32,000 bases of DNA from Acaryochloris thomasi RCC1774 (lineage in GTDB: Bacteria; Cyanobacteriota; Cyanobacteriia; Thermosynechococcales; Thermosynechococcaceae), in assembly GCF_003231495.1 (NCBI RefSeq), contig NZ_PQWO01000003.1:330001-362000 (forward strand), in the 5' to 3' direction. Positions within the stretch are counted from its first letter, which is position 1; each line of letters starts with the position of its first letter. The notes under the pieces are model-generated. The model was given only the letters and a program-made list of their open reading frames with translations, was not told where the DNA came from and ran no database searches. Position numbers and translations under genes: made by a program. Below, one piece after another: positions 1 to 8,633 of this stretch.

Positions 1-46
1 CAGTCACTCACCTTGTCCCTCAAAATGTTGCTGTTGAGTTAAAAAA

Positions 47-688
47 ATGCTTCACCAAGAATCCATAAGTCTTGAAACTCAGACCGTTACAAATGGCGTC
101 CCTCCACAGAGCGGTCTTACTGCACAGCAAACACAGGGCTTGGCTCTGCAGCAACAGCTTCAGAGATTAGAAGAAGTGATTGTGCTAGATGGCCTCAAAC
201 TACCGCTTACACAGCGAACAATTGTTGATGAGGAGCAGCTTCTGTCCCAGCTCCTCGCCGTTGAGCGTAGTATTCCTGATACGGTGCGAGCTGCTGAAGA
301 TATTCTTAAGGGCAAAGAAGAGATCTTAAGCCGCGCCCATCAATATGCCCAAGAACTGATTAAGTCTGCGGAGCAGCGGGCTGCTCAAATTGCGGATGAA
401 CTCACGATTATTCAGCAGGCTGAGCGAGAGGCGCAGCAGCTACAAAAACAGGTACAGTCGGAGGTGGAAGCATTACGACAGCGGAATATATCTGAAGTTG
501 AGCGCGCTCGGCGTCAGACCCAGCAGGAATTGGATGCAATGCGTCAGGCAACCCAGGCTGAGTGTGAGCAAATCCATCGGGAAGCTGATCTATACGCGGA
601 TCGTGTTTTGAAAGACCTTGAGGTGCAGCTAGGCACGATGCTCAAAGTGATTAATAATGGTCGGTCCCACCTAAAAAAATCAGCCTAG
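47..688 (+). CDS. Coiled-coil protein (DivIVA / ATP-synthase-b-like heptad region)
   Basis: 213-aa ORF with an ATG after an A-rich leader. The C-terminal two thirds are Q/E/R/A-rich with heptad-like periodicity (AEQRAAQIADE, EREAQQLQKQVQSEVEALRQR). The family name is from memory of similar cyanobacterial annotations and is unverified. Confidence 0.6.
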   Translation: MLHQESISLETQTVTNGVPPQSGLTAQQTQGLALQQQLQRLEEVIVLDGLKLPLTQRTIVDEEQLLSQLLAVERSIPDTVRAAEDILKGKEEILSRAHQYAQELIKSAEQRAAQIADELTIIQQAEREAQQLQKQVQSEVEALRQRNISEVERARRQTQQELDAMRQATQAECEQIHREADLYADRVLKDLEVQLGTMLKVINNGRSHLKKSA

Positions 689-728
689 GATAAACTGGTA
701 TCTAGCGACGAGATGAGACGTTGGGGTT

Positions 729-1058
729 ATGCAGCCAATTGAGCCAAAAGTATTACCCCCTAGCCAGTCTCCACAGGAAGAGGCAGGTTGGCTGCAGGAG
801 GCTCTACTGGAGTGGTTAGATACGGAATTCTTGCCAGAACCCGTCAATCAAAAAATCGCTGCACAGGCCGCTCGCATCTATCTGCGGCAGCGCATGGAAG
901 GTGAGAATGACTTGGGTGCGCTCCTCATTGCAATTCTGACAGAGATGCAGGCCTTTGATTTTTCAAAAAGCTTCTATAGCGAATTTGCCGTCGCCAACGC
1001 CGTCAGCGATTTGCTGCTGACAAGTCTTGGGATTGATACCTGCTGTGGACAGTCATAG
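729..1058 (+). CDS. Small conserved hypothetical protein
   Basis: 109-aa ATG ORF with protein-like composition, followed by a strong hairpin at 1072-1108. No motif recognised. Confidence 0.55.
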   Translation: MQPIEPKVLPPSQSPQEEAGWLQEALLEWLDTEFLPEPVNQKIAAQAARIYLRQRMEGENDLGALLIAILTEMQAFDFSKSFYSEFAVANAVSDLLLTSLGIDTCCGQS

Positions 1059-1071
1059 TTTACCGACTATA

Positions 1072-1108
1072 AAGAAATCGAGAATCTATGCTAGATCCTC
1101 GATTTCTT
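1072..1108. terminator. Bidirectional hairpin between convergent genes (729-1058 and rpsN)
   Basis: aagaaatcgag (1072-1082) pairs perfectly with ctcgatttctt (1098-1108). An inner atcta/tagat pair (1084-1088/1092-1096) extends the stem around a tgc loop, with one a/c mismatch. Confidence 0.6.
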
Positions 1109-1142
1109 AGATTATTCAGTGAAGCGATAGTCTAATGAGACG

Positions 1143-1445
1143 CTACCAGCTTGCCTTGCGCACGCCAGGAAGCAAGCCTTCGTGAGCCATCTCTCTGAGG
1201 CAATGGCGAGACAGGCCGAAGTCACGGTAAAAGCCTCTTGAGCGGCCGGTTACCCAGCAACGATTGCGGAGACGGGTGGGGGCGCTGTTTCTAGGTAGGC
1301 GCTGTAGCTGACGGTGCAGGTCCATTTTTTCTTGCTGCGTTGTCGCCTGGGCAATCTGTTCCTGGATTGCCTGTCGCTTATGGGCGTACTTCGCAACCAT
1401 TTTTTCGCGCTTTCTTTCGCGCTCAATCATGCTCTTCTTTGCCAT
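1143..1445 (-). CDS. rpsN: 30S ribosomal protein S14
   Basis: 100 aa. N-terminus [15 protein letters not shown] and C-terminal RNRCxxTGRxRGxYRxFGLSRxxxRExAxxGxxPGVxKASW match the S14 signature. Confidence 0.95.
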   Translation of the reverse strand: MAKKSMIERERKREKMVAKYAHKRQAIQEQIAQATTQQEKMDLHRQLQRLPRNSAPTRLRNRCWVTGRSRGFYRDFGLSRHCLREMAHEGLLPGVRKASW

Positions 1446-1506
1446 GGACCTTTAGAATACCTATCGTTGTAATTTAGACAGTGCTTCCTATAGTAACCAA
1501 TTTTGT

Positions 1507-2193
1507 TTACTTGTTGACAGCTTTCTTAGAAGTTTTTGTCGCCACGGTCGCTTTACCTGCTGAGGGACACAGATCTGCAAGGGTACAGCGATCGCAACTC
1601 GGTTTTCGAGCCATGCACACCGCTCGCCCGTGATAAATTAGCCGGATCGACCAGTTTTCCCAATCGGGCTGGGGTAAGAGTGCCATGAGATCGCGCTCAA
1701 TCTTTACTGGATCCTGGTGCTTTGTTAAGCCCAAGCGATTACTGAGCCGCTTAACGTGAGTATCTACTGTTACCCCTGCGTTAATGCCAAAGGCATGAGC
1801 TAAAACAACATTAGCGGTTTTGCGTGCCACCCCCGGCAAGGTTAGTAGCTGCTCCATTTGCTGCGGTACATCTCCGCCAAAGTCAGTGACGATTCTATGG
1901 CAGGCTTGCTGAATGTGCTTAGCTTTATTGCGGTAAAAGCCGGTAGAGCGCACCAGCGCCTCAATCTCTTCTCGTTCTGCCCCCGCTAGGGCTGACGCAT
2001 CAGGAAATTGGGCAAACAGTGCTGGGGTCACCAGATTGACGCGCTCATCAGTGCATTGTGCCGATAGTACAGTTGCTACTAACAACTGTACGGGGGTCTC
2101 GTAATCGAGACTACAGGTGGCATCCGGGTAAAGGTGCTCAAGGCGGCTGAGTAGTTCTAGAGCCTTCTGTTTTCGCTTAGAGGGTCTGGGCAA
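1507..2193 (-). CDS. nth: Endonuclease III (DNA-(apurinic/apyrimidinic site) lyase)
   Basis: Helix-hairpin-helix LLTLPGVARKTANVVL and a C-terminal C-x6-C-x2-C-x5-C cluster (CMARKPSCDRCTLADLC). The only available start is TTG at 2193; the in-frame stop lies 7 codons upstream. Confidence 0.9.
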   Translation of the reverse strand: MPRPSKRKQKALELLSRLEHLYPDATCSLDYETPVQLLVATVLSAQCTDERVNLVTPALFAQFPDASALAGAEREEIEALVRSTGFYRNKAKHIQQACHRIVTDFGGDVPQQMEQLLTLPGVARKTANVVLAHAFGINAGVTVDTHVKRLSNRLGLTKHQDPVKIERDLMALLPQPDWENWSIRLIYHGRAVCMARKPSCDRCTLADLCPSAGKATVATKTSKKAVNK

Positions 2194-2214
2194 GGTAGCT
2201 TCTTCTAAAGTTTT

Positions 2215-3330
2215 TTACTGAAATAGCTGCTGGACCCAGTTGAGATTGGCTGTGTCCCGCACAATCAAAACAACGCCGAGGCTTAGTAAGAGAACCAGTC
2301 CGGTCTGCATGACGCCCTCTTGGAGACGGCTAGGGAGCGGCTTGCCCAACAGCCCTTCAATTAACAGGAAGGCAAGCTGGCCACCATCTAAGGCCGGCAG
2401 CGGCAGGATGTTGATAAAGGCCAAGTTGATGCTGATGACAGCGGCAAAGTCAAAAAGCCGGGAAACATCGGTACTGGCCATCTCTGCGCCCATGGCGACA
2501 ATGCCTACAGGACCAGCGACTTGGCCTGCAGCCTCGCTGAAGTTACCGATGAGTTGACCAAAGGTCCCGGCCATATAAGTGATGATTTTTTGGTACTCAT
2601 CTGCGGCGGCTCCTAAAATCTCACCAGGATTGTGGGGCGCACGGCGAGCGACCCGGCCATCGGCTAACTGTCTGACATTGGGAAAGAGCTGCACTCCGAT
2701 CTGAACCTTGCCAGTGTCTGAAATTTTGGGCGTTAGATTTAGATCAAGGGATTGCTCGCCCCGCTGAATGCCGAGCTTTAGAGTCTGATTGGGGCTACTC
2801 TTAATTGTCTCCATCAATGTTGTGGTGGCTTCGCTGCGGGCGCCTAGGGACTGGTTGTTGATAGAAACAACAACATCTCCGGCCTGAATACCTGCGTCAG
2901 CCGCAACGGAGCTGACGTCGGCGGCTACCTGACTGATGAGGACGCCGGGTTGATAGTCAATGACGCCCATGCCACCTAGCTGCGCGACTAAAACAATGTA
3001 GGCAAAGACAAGGTTGGCAATCACACCGGCACTAATGACGATGGCGCGATCGAGTAGGGGACGATTCTTAAGTAGGTTCGGATCGCTGGGGTCAAGGGTG
3101 CTGTCGGGATCGTCATCGGGGAAGCCGACATAGCCACCCAAGGGAATGCTACGCAGTGCATATTCAGTTTCTGGCCCCTGATATCGCCATAGCGCTGGCC
3201 CAAAGCCAATGGAAAAGCGGTTGACGTGAATGCCTTGGAGACGGGCTGCCAGGAAGTGCCCAAGCTCATGCACCGCAACTAATAGACCGATGACGGCAAT
3301 CATGGCGAAAATGGCTGCGGTACCTGGCAT
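2215..3330 (-). CDS. rseP: RIP site-2 zinc metalloprotease (RseP family)
   Basis: HELGHF (HExxH) in the first TM segment, a central PDZ-like segment, and NILPLPALDGG (NxxPxxxLDG) near the C-terminus. Start set at the MPGTAAIF ATG (3330); the ORF track extends to 3384. Confidence 0.88.
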   Translation of the reverse strand: MPGTAAIFAMIAVIGLLVAVHELGHFLAARLQGIHVNRFSIGFGPALWRYQGPETEYALRSIPLGGYVGFPDDDPDSTLDPSDPNLLKNRPLLDRAIVISAGVIANLVFAYIVLVAQLGGMGVIDYQPGVLISQVAADVSSVAADAGIQAGDVVVSINNQSLGARSEATTTLMETIKSSPNQTLKLGIQRGEQSLDLNLTPKISDTGKVQIGVQLFPNVRQLADGRVARRAPHNPGEILGAAADEYQKIITYMAGTFGQLIGNFSEAAGQVAGPVGIVAMGAEMASTDVSRLFDFAAVISINLAFINILPLPALDGGQLAFLLIEGLLGKPLPSRLQEGVMQTGLVLLLSLGVVLIVRDTANLNWVQQLFQ

Positions 3331-3663
3331 ATATATATCCCGTTGCTTACAGAGGTGCAAAAGTTGCCTGTGGCATAGAGCCAACAGGTTTATCTATCTT
3401 AACGTTTAAGGTGAATGGGGGAGATTTCCGGTCAGCCTGTTGTGGAGAAGGTGAACTGGTGGTGATAGTTCTTGGCCTGGCTCTGGAGGTTTATTTGCGA
3501 GAAGATCAACGTCTATCTCTGTCTGCTTTTTGAGGCGCAGCGGGGCAGTATTGGAGTGTGTTCTACACCTATGAGGTTCGGTTTCATGGCTATTCAGTGA
3601 ATGCTAAAGGTAGATATTCTTGTGAAAGATGATGTGTAGCTGCCAAGTAAGGATGAGTAATCT

Positions 3664-5076
3664 GTGACCATGTGGGTCGTACCAACAATGGGTGAAGTTG
3701 TCGCAATGCAGGAGCCTGAGGCGGCTCTGGTTGCGAGTGCTTCTGCAGAAAAAGAATGGCGGGTTGCGATCGCAACCATGACCCAGCTCCTCTCTCAATG
3801 CGTCCAGCAAGATCTCGACTCTGCGGATGTTTGCCCAATGCAGGGCTTTATCCTATCTGGCCCGATTCCACTCTTCAACGAACCGACTCGCTTCGGAGAT
3901 CTCCAGTCTTTAGTTTTTACAGCAGACAAATCAGTCTTGCAGCTACCACCCAGCGATCATGGACCGCAGCAGCCCTTTGAAACAACCTGTCAGTCGGTTC
4001 CGCTGCTACCTGCTGATCCGTTGAGCCATGAAAAATTCTGCTTGATTCAAACCTCTGCGTTTAGCTGGCTGGCGGTTTTGCGACATCAGTCGGAGGGGAT
4101 TCAATTCCAGTTCTCCTTCAATCCAGAGACCATTGGAGAAGCATTGAGCGCTCTCCGCTCCCGGATTCAGCTCACCCGTCCTCACCAGATTGAAACTTTT
4201 GATGCACTGTTGACGCAGTTCCCGGTGCTGACGCCTGACTATCGTATTCCCCTGCAGTTTAGTCGCCACCTGCTGCATACCGCCGTTCAGGCCCCCTTTT
4301 CTAGACAGGGGCTGGAGCGTAAACCGGAGCCGCAGGCGACTCCAGAAAAGGAAAAGGCGAGACCCGAAGTGGAGCTGCTACAGGCAATTGCCCATGAAGT
4401 CCGCACGCCTTTGACGACGATCCAGACCTTTACGCGGCTGTTGCTGAAGCGATCGGACTTGCCAGGGGAAGTTCTGCAGCGTCTGGAGTCTATTCAACGT
4501 GAATGCCGAGACCAAATCGATCGCTTTGGCCTGATTTTCCGGGCGATGGAGATCACAAATAACGATTCGAACCCTGTCCCCACAACGCTGCAGCCGATTT
4601 CACTACAGCAGGTCTTAGAAGAAAATATCAGCCGCTGGCAAAAGCAGGCCGCTCGCCGAGATCTGTCCTTAAGTATTCGGGTGCCTCAGCAGCTTCCGTC
4701 GGTGGTGATTAGCGACCCGATGATGCTGGATCAGGTACTGACCGGGTTAATTGATCGCCTCAGCCATAGCTTGCCGTCTGGAAGTGAGATTGAGCTACAG
4801 GTCGCTGTGGCTGGGGAGCAGTTGAAATTGGAGTTGCGATCGCATCTACAAGCCCACAGTAGTGACTCTCCTTGCTCAACCCCGACCCCAACCCTTAAAT
4901 CAGTGGGGCATGTCTTGATGGTGCAGCCTGAAACCGGAGGACTCAGCCTCAGTCTCCCGGTCACCAAGCACCTGTTTGAGGCATTGGGCGGCAAGCTCAG
5001 CGTTCGCCAGCATCAGCAGCAAGGTGAAGTATTGACAATCTTTCTACCCCTCGGTCCAGAGGGTCAGGCATACTAA
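3664..5076 (+). CDS. Histidine-kinase-like signalling protein with intact H-box and degenerate catalytic domain
   Basis: HisKA H-box IAHEVRTPLTTIQTF. The C-terminal domain has only a G2-like GGLSLSLPVTKHLFEALGG, with no Asn in the N-box position and no DxGxG. The N-terminal ~230 aa may be a sensory domain (DICT-like is a low-confidence guess). Start is uncertain (GTG 3664, or ATG at 3670, 3688 or 3706). Confidence 0.75.
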   Translation: MTMWVVPTMGEVVAMQEPEAALVASASAEKEWRVAIATMTQLLSQCVQQDLDSADVCPMQGFILSGPIPLFNEPTRFGDLQSLVFTADKSVLQLPPSDHGPQQPFETTCQSVPLLPADPLSHEKFCLIQTSAFSWLAVLRHQSEGIQFQFSFNPETIGEALSALRSRIQLTRPHQIETFDALLTQFPVLTPDYRIPLQFSRHLLHTAVQAPFSRQGLERKPEPQATPEKEKARPEVELLQAIAHEVRTPLTTIQTFTRLLLKRSDLPGEVLQRLESIQRECRDQIDRFGLIFRAMEITNNDSNPVPTTLQPISLQQVLEENISRWQKQAARRDLSLSIRVPQQLPSVVISDPMMLDQVLTGLIDRLSHSLPSGSEIELQVAVAGEQLKLELRSHLQAHSSDSPCSTPTPTLKSVGHVLMVQPETGGLSLSLPVTKHLFEALGGKLSVRQHQQQGEVLTIFLPLGPEGQAY

Positions 5077-5102
5077 GACTGGCGCTTGCTCAATCGATAT
5101 CT

Positions 5103-5648
5103 ATGCCTGCAGAGACCCAAGTTACTCCCCTCAACAGCCTCGAATATTCTGCCTACCTCAATGCAGAAGGACTAGTCCCCACTGAGCCTAGCGGCAAAAT
5201 TGGAGCCTACGCCATTTTCTCTGAGGATCAAACGCTTCAGTATGTTGGCTATTCGCGGGATATCTTTCTCAGCCTGAAGCAGCATCTCGTTCGACGGCCC
5301 CATGATTGTTACTGGTTTAAGACCCAATTCGTTGATAAGCCCAACCGCACTCTCTTAGAAGCAATTCGGAATGATTGGATGGCTGAGAACGGATCAGAGC
5401 CTCTAGGGAATGGTCCAGACCAGACGAAGTGGGAACAGGCCATCGATGTGAAAGCAGCCATGACCCCTGAAGAACTGAACCAGTACAATGATCCTCAACT
5501 GGATGAGCGATCGCAAGTCAAAGTTCTAAAACAATCAGCCCGCCGTATTGAAGCCGAGATTTTAGCGATCTTGAGCGAACGAGGCATTCAGGAGCCGCTG
5601 CGGTTTAATCCTAAACTCAAAGAAACCGGTCTTTTAGATTTAAAATGA
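5103..5648 (+). CDS. GIY-YIG-like domain protein
   Basis: 181 aa. GAYAIFSEDQTLQYVGYSRD resembles the GIY...YIG core. The stop overlaps the next gene's start (ATGA at 5645-5648). Confidence 0.5.
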   Translation: MPAETQVTPLNSLEYSAYLNAEGLVPTEPSGKIGAYAIFSEDQTLQYVGYSRDIFLSLKQHLVRRPHDCYWFKTQFVDKPNRTLLEAIRNDWMAENGSEPLGNGPDQTKWEQAIDVKAAMTPEELNQYNDPQLDERSQVKVLKQSARRIEAEILAILSERGIQEPLRFNPKLKETGLLDLK

Positions 5649-6499
5649 TGCCCCCCGTTTCAGCGGAACAAGCACAACTGATTCGGACTCTGCTCCGCCA
5701 AGTCGGTCAACAGGCAAAACGAATGGCGACCCAACCCTTCGATGTCTCTGCTAAGGGACCGGAAGACTTTGTCACCAGCGTCGATCGAGCCTTAGATCGA
5801 CAGCTATCGACTCAGTTTCGGACCTGGTTCCCTGACGACGGTCTGATCACCGAAGAAAATGCCCAGTCAGTGCAGGCCTTTCGCCAATCTCATGTGCGCC
5901 TGTGGTTGATTGATCCGATTGATGGCACAGAAGACTTTATGCGCGGGCGTCCGAACTATGCCGTCATGGTGGGGTTGCTGCAGAACAATCAGCCTATTGC
6001 TGGCTGGGTCTACAGCCCTGTTCGCGATCAGCTCTATTGGGGGGGGCCTCACTGGGGATTGTTTCAGACCACTGGTCCCAGCCCGGTTCAGCCGCTTTTG
6101 GCTCAGCCACCGCCGCCGCCCTCTTCTGACTTTTGCCCGATCATGATTGGAGAACGCGATCGCAAAAATTACGGCACCGTTCTCAAGCGTCAGATTCCGG
6201 CGGCTCAGTTTCAGGGACTCGGCAGCTTCGGCCTCAAAGTAATGGAAGTGATCCAGGGCCGCGCCGGTCTCTACCTCTACCTCAATGGCCGCGTTAAGCT
6301 TTGGGATACCACCGGACCCCTTGCCCTAGCGCGGGCTGCTGGTTTAGTCTGCTGTGATCTAGAAGGCAAAGCCCTGCAGTTCACCGCCGATCAGCTTAAT
6401 CTAGAGACGCTCGCGCACCAGCAGGCCATCCTTGTAGCTTGGCCCCATTATTTTGAAGCCCTTCAGCAGCCCATCCAAGCTGCCGTCTCCGCTGCCTAA
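5645..6499 (+). CDS. Inositol monophosphatase / CysQ-family phosphatase
   Basis: WLIDPIDGTEDF metal-binding motif and the downstream LWDTTGPLALARAAGL (WD..AG) motif. Contains a Pro-rich insertion (AQPPPPPSSDF). Confidence 0.8.
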   Translation: MMPPVSAEQAQLIRTLLRQVGQQAKRMATQPFDVSAKGPEDFVTSVDRALDRQLSTQFRTWFPDDGLITEENAQSVQAFRQSHVRLWLIDPIDGTEDFMRGRPNYAVMVGLLQNNQPIAGWVYSPVRDQLYWGGPHWGLFQTTGPSPVQPLLAQPPPPPSSDFCPIMIGERDRKNYGTVLKRQIPAAQFQGLGSFGLKVMEVIQGRAGLYLYLNGRVKLWDTTGPLALARAAGLVCCDLEGKALQFTADQLNLETLAHQQAILVAWPHYFEALQQPIQAAVSAA

Positions 6500-6515
6500 T
6501 TCACCTCGATAACCC

Positions 6516-7208
6516 ATGTCTAGCGAAGAACAAACCAGCCTCTTTGACACCTCGGCCCCGGCTCCACCGCCCCCCGACTTTGACCCAGAGCAAATCCCCA
6601 CCAGCGCTCAGGTTCCAATCCCCAGTGGAACCTACGCCAGCCTGGAGCAGCTGCAGCCCCACTGTAATAACTGTCAGCGCTGTGATCTTGCTGCCGGTCG
6701 TACGAATGTTGTGATCAGTCGCGGCAATCCCAAAGCCCCTCTGATGGTGATCGGTGAAGGCCCCGGCCAGCAAGAAGATGAAACCGGACTCCCCTTTGTA
6801 GGTCGAGCGGGTCAGCTTTTGGACAAAATCTTTGCCTCAGTCAATCTAGATTCTGAGAAAGACGCCTATATTGCCAATATCGTGAAGTGTCGGCCTCCCA
6901 ATAACCGCACTCCCACGACCGATGAGTCTGCTGCCTGTAAGCCCTATCTTCTAGAGCAAATCCGTCTCGTCAACCCCAAAATCATTCTACTGACCGGGGC
7001 CACTGCCGTGCGTGGACTCACCGGCAACAAACAGGGAATTACCAAAATTAGGGGCCAGTGGATTGATTGGCAGGGCTATCGATGCATGCCCATCCTGCAT
7101 CCGGCCTATCTACTGCGGAATCCCTCAAAGAAAACAGGGAGTCCCAAATGGCTGATGTGGCAAGACATTCAGGCTGTGAAAGCTAAGCTGGACGAGCTGG
7201 AAGCCTAA
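6516..7208 (+). CDS. Uracil-DNA glycosylase, family 4
   Basis: GEGPGQQEDETGLPFVGRAG motif A, HPAYLLR motif B, and Cys residues (CNNCQRC...C) consistent with the family-4 Fe-S cluster. Confidence 0.88.
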   Translation: MSSEEQTSLFDTSAPAPPPPDFDPEQIPTSAQVPIPSGTYASLEQLQPHCNNCQRCDLAAGRTNVVISRGNPKAPLMVIGEGPGQQEDETGLPFVGRAGQLLDKIFASVNLDSEKDAYIANIVKCRPPNNRTPTTDESAACKPYLLEQIRLVNPKIILLTGATAVRGLTGNKQGITKIRGQWIDWQGYRCMPILHPAYLLRNPSKKTGSPKWLMWQDIQAVKAKLDELEA

Positions 7209-7411
7209 AGTCTGTCATCATATTGCAGCCGATTTGTGGTCCCGGCTCGTCGCTCTTTGTTTAGGGGGCTTTGGCGGATGGGACAAGCCTGGGCACCTTC
7301 GGATTCAGGCTCTAGATGCTCAATATAATTTTCTTTCTTCAGAGTGTTGCTTTTATCCTTTGTGTTAACGTCTAGGGAATTCATCTTGAGAAGTAACGCA
7401 ACTCTGTTGTT

Positions 7412-7471
7412 TCACTCCAAGGCCGTGGTAAGTCACTCCACTTTTGTGTTCGGGCTTCACTCCACCGTGGA
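7412..7471. repeat. Triple TCACTCCA direct repeat, two copies followed by CCGTGG
   Basis: tcactcca at 7412-7419, 7433-7440 and 7457-7464. ccgtgg at 7423-7428 and 7465-7470. Lies 60-120 nt upstream of the DUF760 gene. Confidence 0.7.
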
Positions 7472-7529
7472 TGTGGGCACACTAGAGTTATTCAATGTCA
7501 CAATGAAAGCAGCAACTTAGAGGGTGCCC

Positions 7530-7895
7530 ATGTCTTTTGACCCCGAAAACGCCAATTTCATCATCAATGATTCTGAGGAGGGTCAAGCTAATTTACTGAT
7601 TCAATATCTGCAAAATCAGCCTCCAGAGGTCTTAGCGCGGGTCGCGAAGTCTGTGAGTCCAGAGATTAAGCAAATCATTTCGCAGAATGTTCAGGGATTA
7701 GTGGGTGTACTTCCCAGTGAAGCGTTTAGCGTTCAGGTGGTCACAGAACGGGATAATCTTGCTGGCTTGCTCGGCTCTGCCATGATGACGGGCTACTTTC
7801 TACGCAAGATGGAACAGCGGATGGAGCTAGAAACCAGTCTATTTGATGGTCTATCAATCCCTGGGGTTGATGAGGCTGATTCTCAGGATAGCTAA
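7530..7895 (+). CDS. DUF760-family protein (cyanobacteria/plastid lineage)
   Basis: LIQYLQNQPPEVLARVAK...VGVLPSEAFSVQVVTERDNLAGLLGSAMMTGYFLRKMEQRMELE matches my memory of DUF760. ATG at 7530 is preferred over GTG at 7524. Confidence 0.7.
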   Translation: MSFDPENANFIINDSEEGQANLLIQYLQNQPPEVLARVAKSVSPEIKQIISQNVQGLVGVLPSEAFSVQVVTERDNLAGLLGSAMMTGYFLRKMEQRMELETSLFDGLSIPGVDEADSQDS

Positions 7896-7934
7896 GCTCG
7901 ATCTAAATCGGGAGCGCAATAACTTAGATCGGGT

Positions 7935-8459
7935 ATGTCTTTAGAATCAACGCGTCTCTCATATGAGCGGATTACTCGAAAGCATACTCAAGAGCTGCAG
8001 CCTATTCTCTGCGATCCAAGAGTCTATGTACACGTTGATGATGGTGTTGCTCCAAGTTCTAATGAGTTATTAGAATCATTTATCTCACGAGAGGTGGGGC
8101 CTTATGGCGATCGAAGTCATGAACGATGGGTTGATTATGTCGTGCGGCTCAGGGAGTCACGGACCGCAATTGGGCGTGTAGAGGCGACGGTAATCGAGCA
8201 TCGTGCTGAGGTTGCGTACATCCTCGGCTTTCCCTACTGGGGAAAAGGCTATGGAAGTGAATCACTGGCTTGGCTGCAGCAGTTTGTGCAAAAGAACTAT
8301 GGCGTAAAAGAGTTTTGGGCGACTGTGACGCCTGGAAATATCTCCTCCAGGCATCTTTTGCTTAAGAATGGCTATAGGGAAATGTCCAACGATAATCTGC
8401 CACAGCTAATGAGCTACGAGCAAAATGACTGGGTTTTCTTCAAAGCAGCCACAGCATGA
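7935..8459 (+). CDS. GNAT-family N-acetyltransferase (RimJ/RimL-like)
   Basis: 174 aa with a YWGKGYGSE acetyl-CoA loop (Q/RxxGxG/A-like) and a C-terminal NxxSxxLLxKxGY segment. Confidence 0.7.
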   Translation: MSLESTRLSYERITRKHTQELQPILCDPRVYVHVDDGVAPSSNELLESFISREVGPYGDRSHERWVDYVVRLRESRTAIGRVEATVIEHRAEVAYILGFPYWGKGYGSESLAWLQQFVQKNYGVKEFWATVTPGNISSRHLLLKNGYREMSNDNLPQLMSYEQNDWVFFKAATA

Positions 8460-8633
8460 GAGTACGGCAATATCGAATCAGGAGCGGAAGCGAAAGAAAT
8501 CACTACGTTGTGAACGTGCTCTGAAATGAATTTCTTGTTTGCCGATCAGCAGAGTGGGTAAGTTCTCTGATGAGACTCTAAAGCGATGAGACACAAATGC
8601 TTCAGGTGAGAATGGGTTTGTCTGATCACCCCT

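Noticed and set aside
3590-3838. Three small minus-strand ORFs (61-82 aa) at the 5' end of the kinase-like gene
   Set aside because: They overlap each other and the plus-strand gene, and have skewed composition. They are most likely chance ORFs in a divergent promoter/5' region.
7428-7441. NtcA-like site GTA-N8-CAC within the TCACTCCA repeat region
   Set aside because: It has one mismatch to GTA-N8-TAC. The only plausible -10 element (tagagt, 7483-7488) is too far downstream for class II NtcA geometry.
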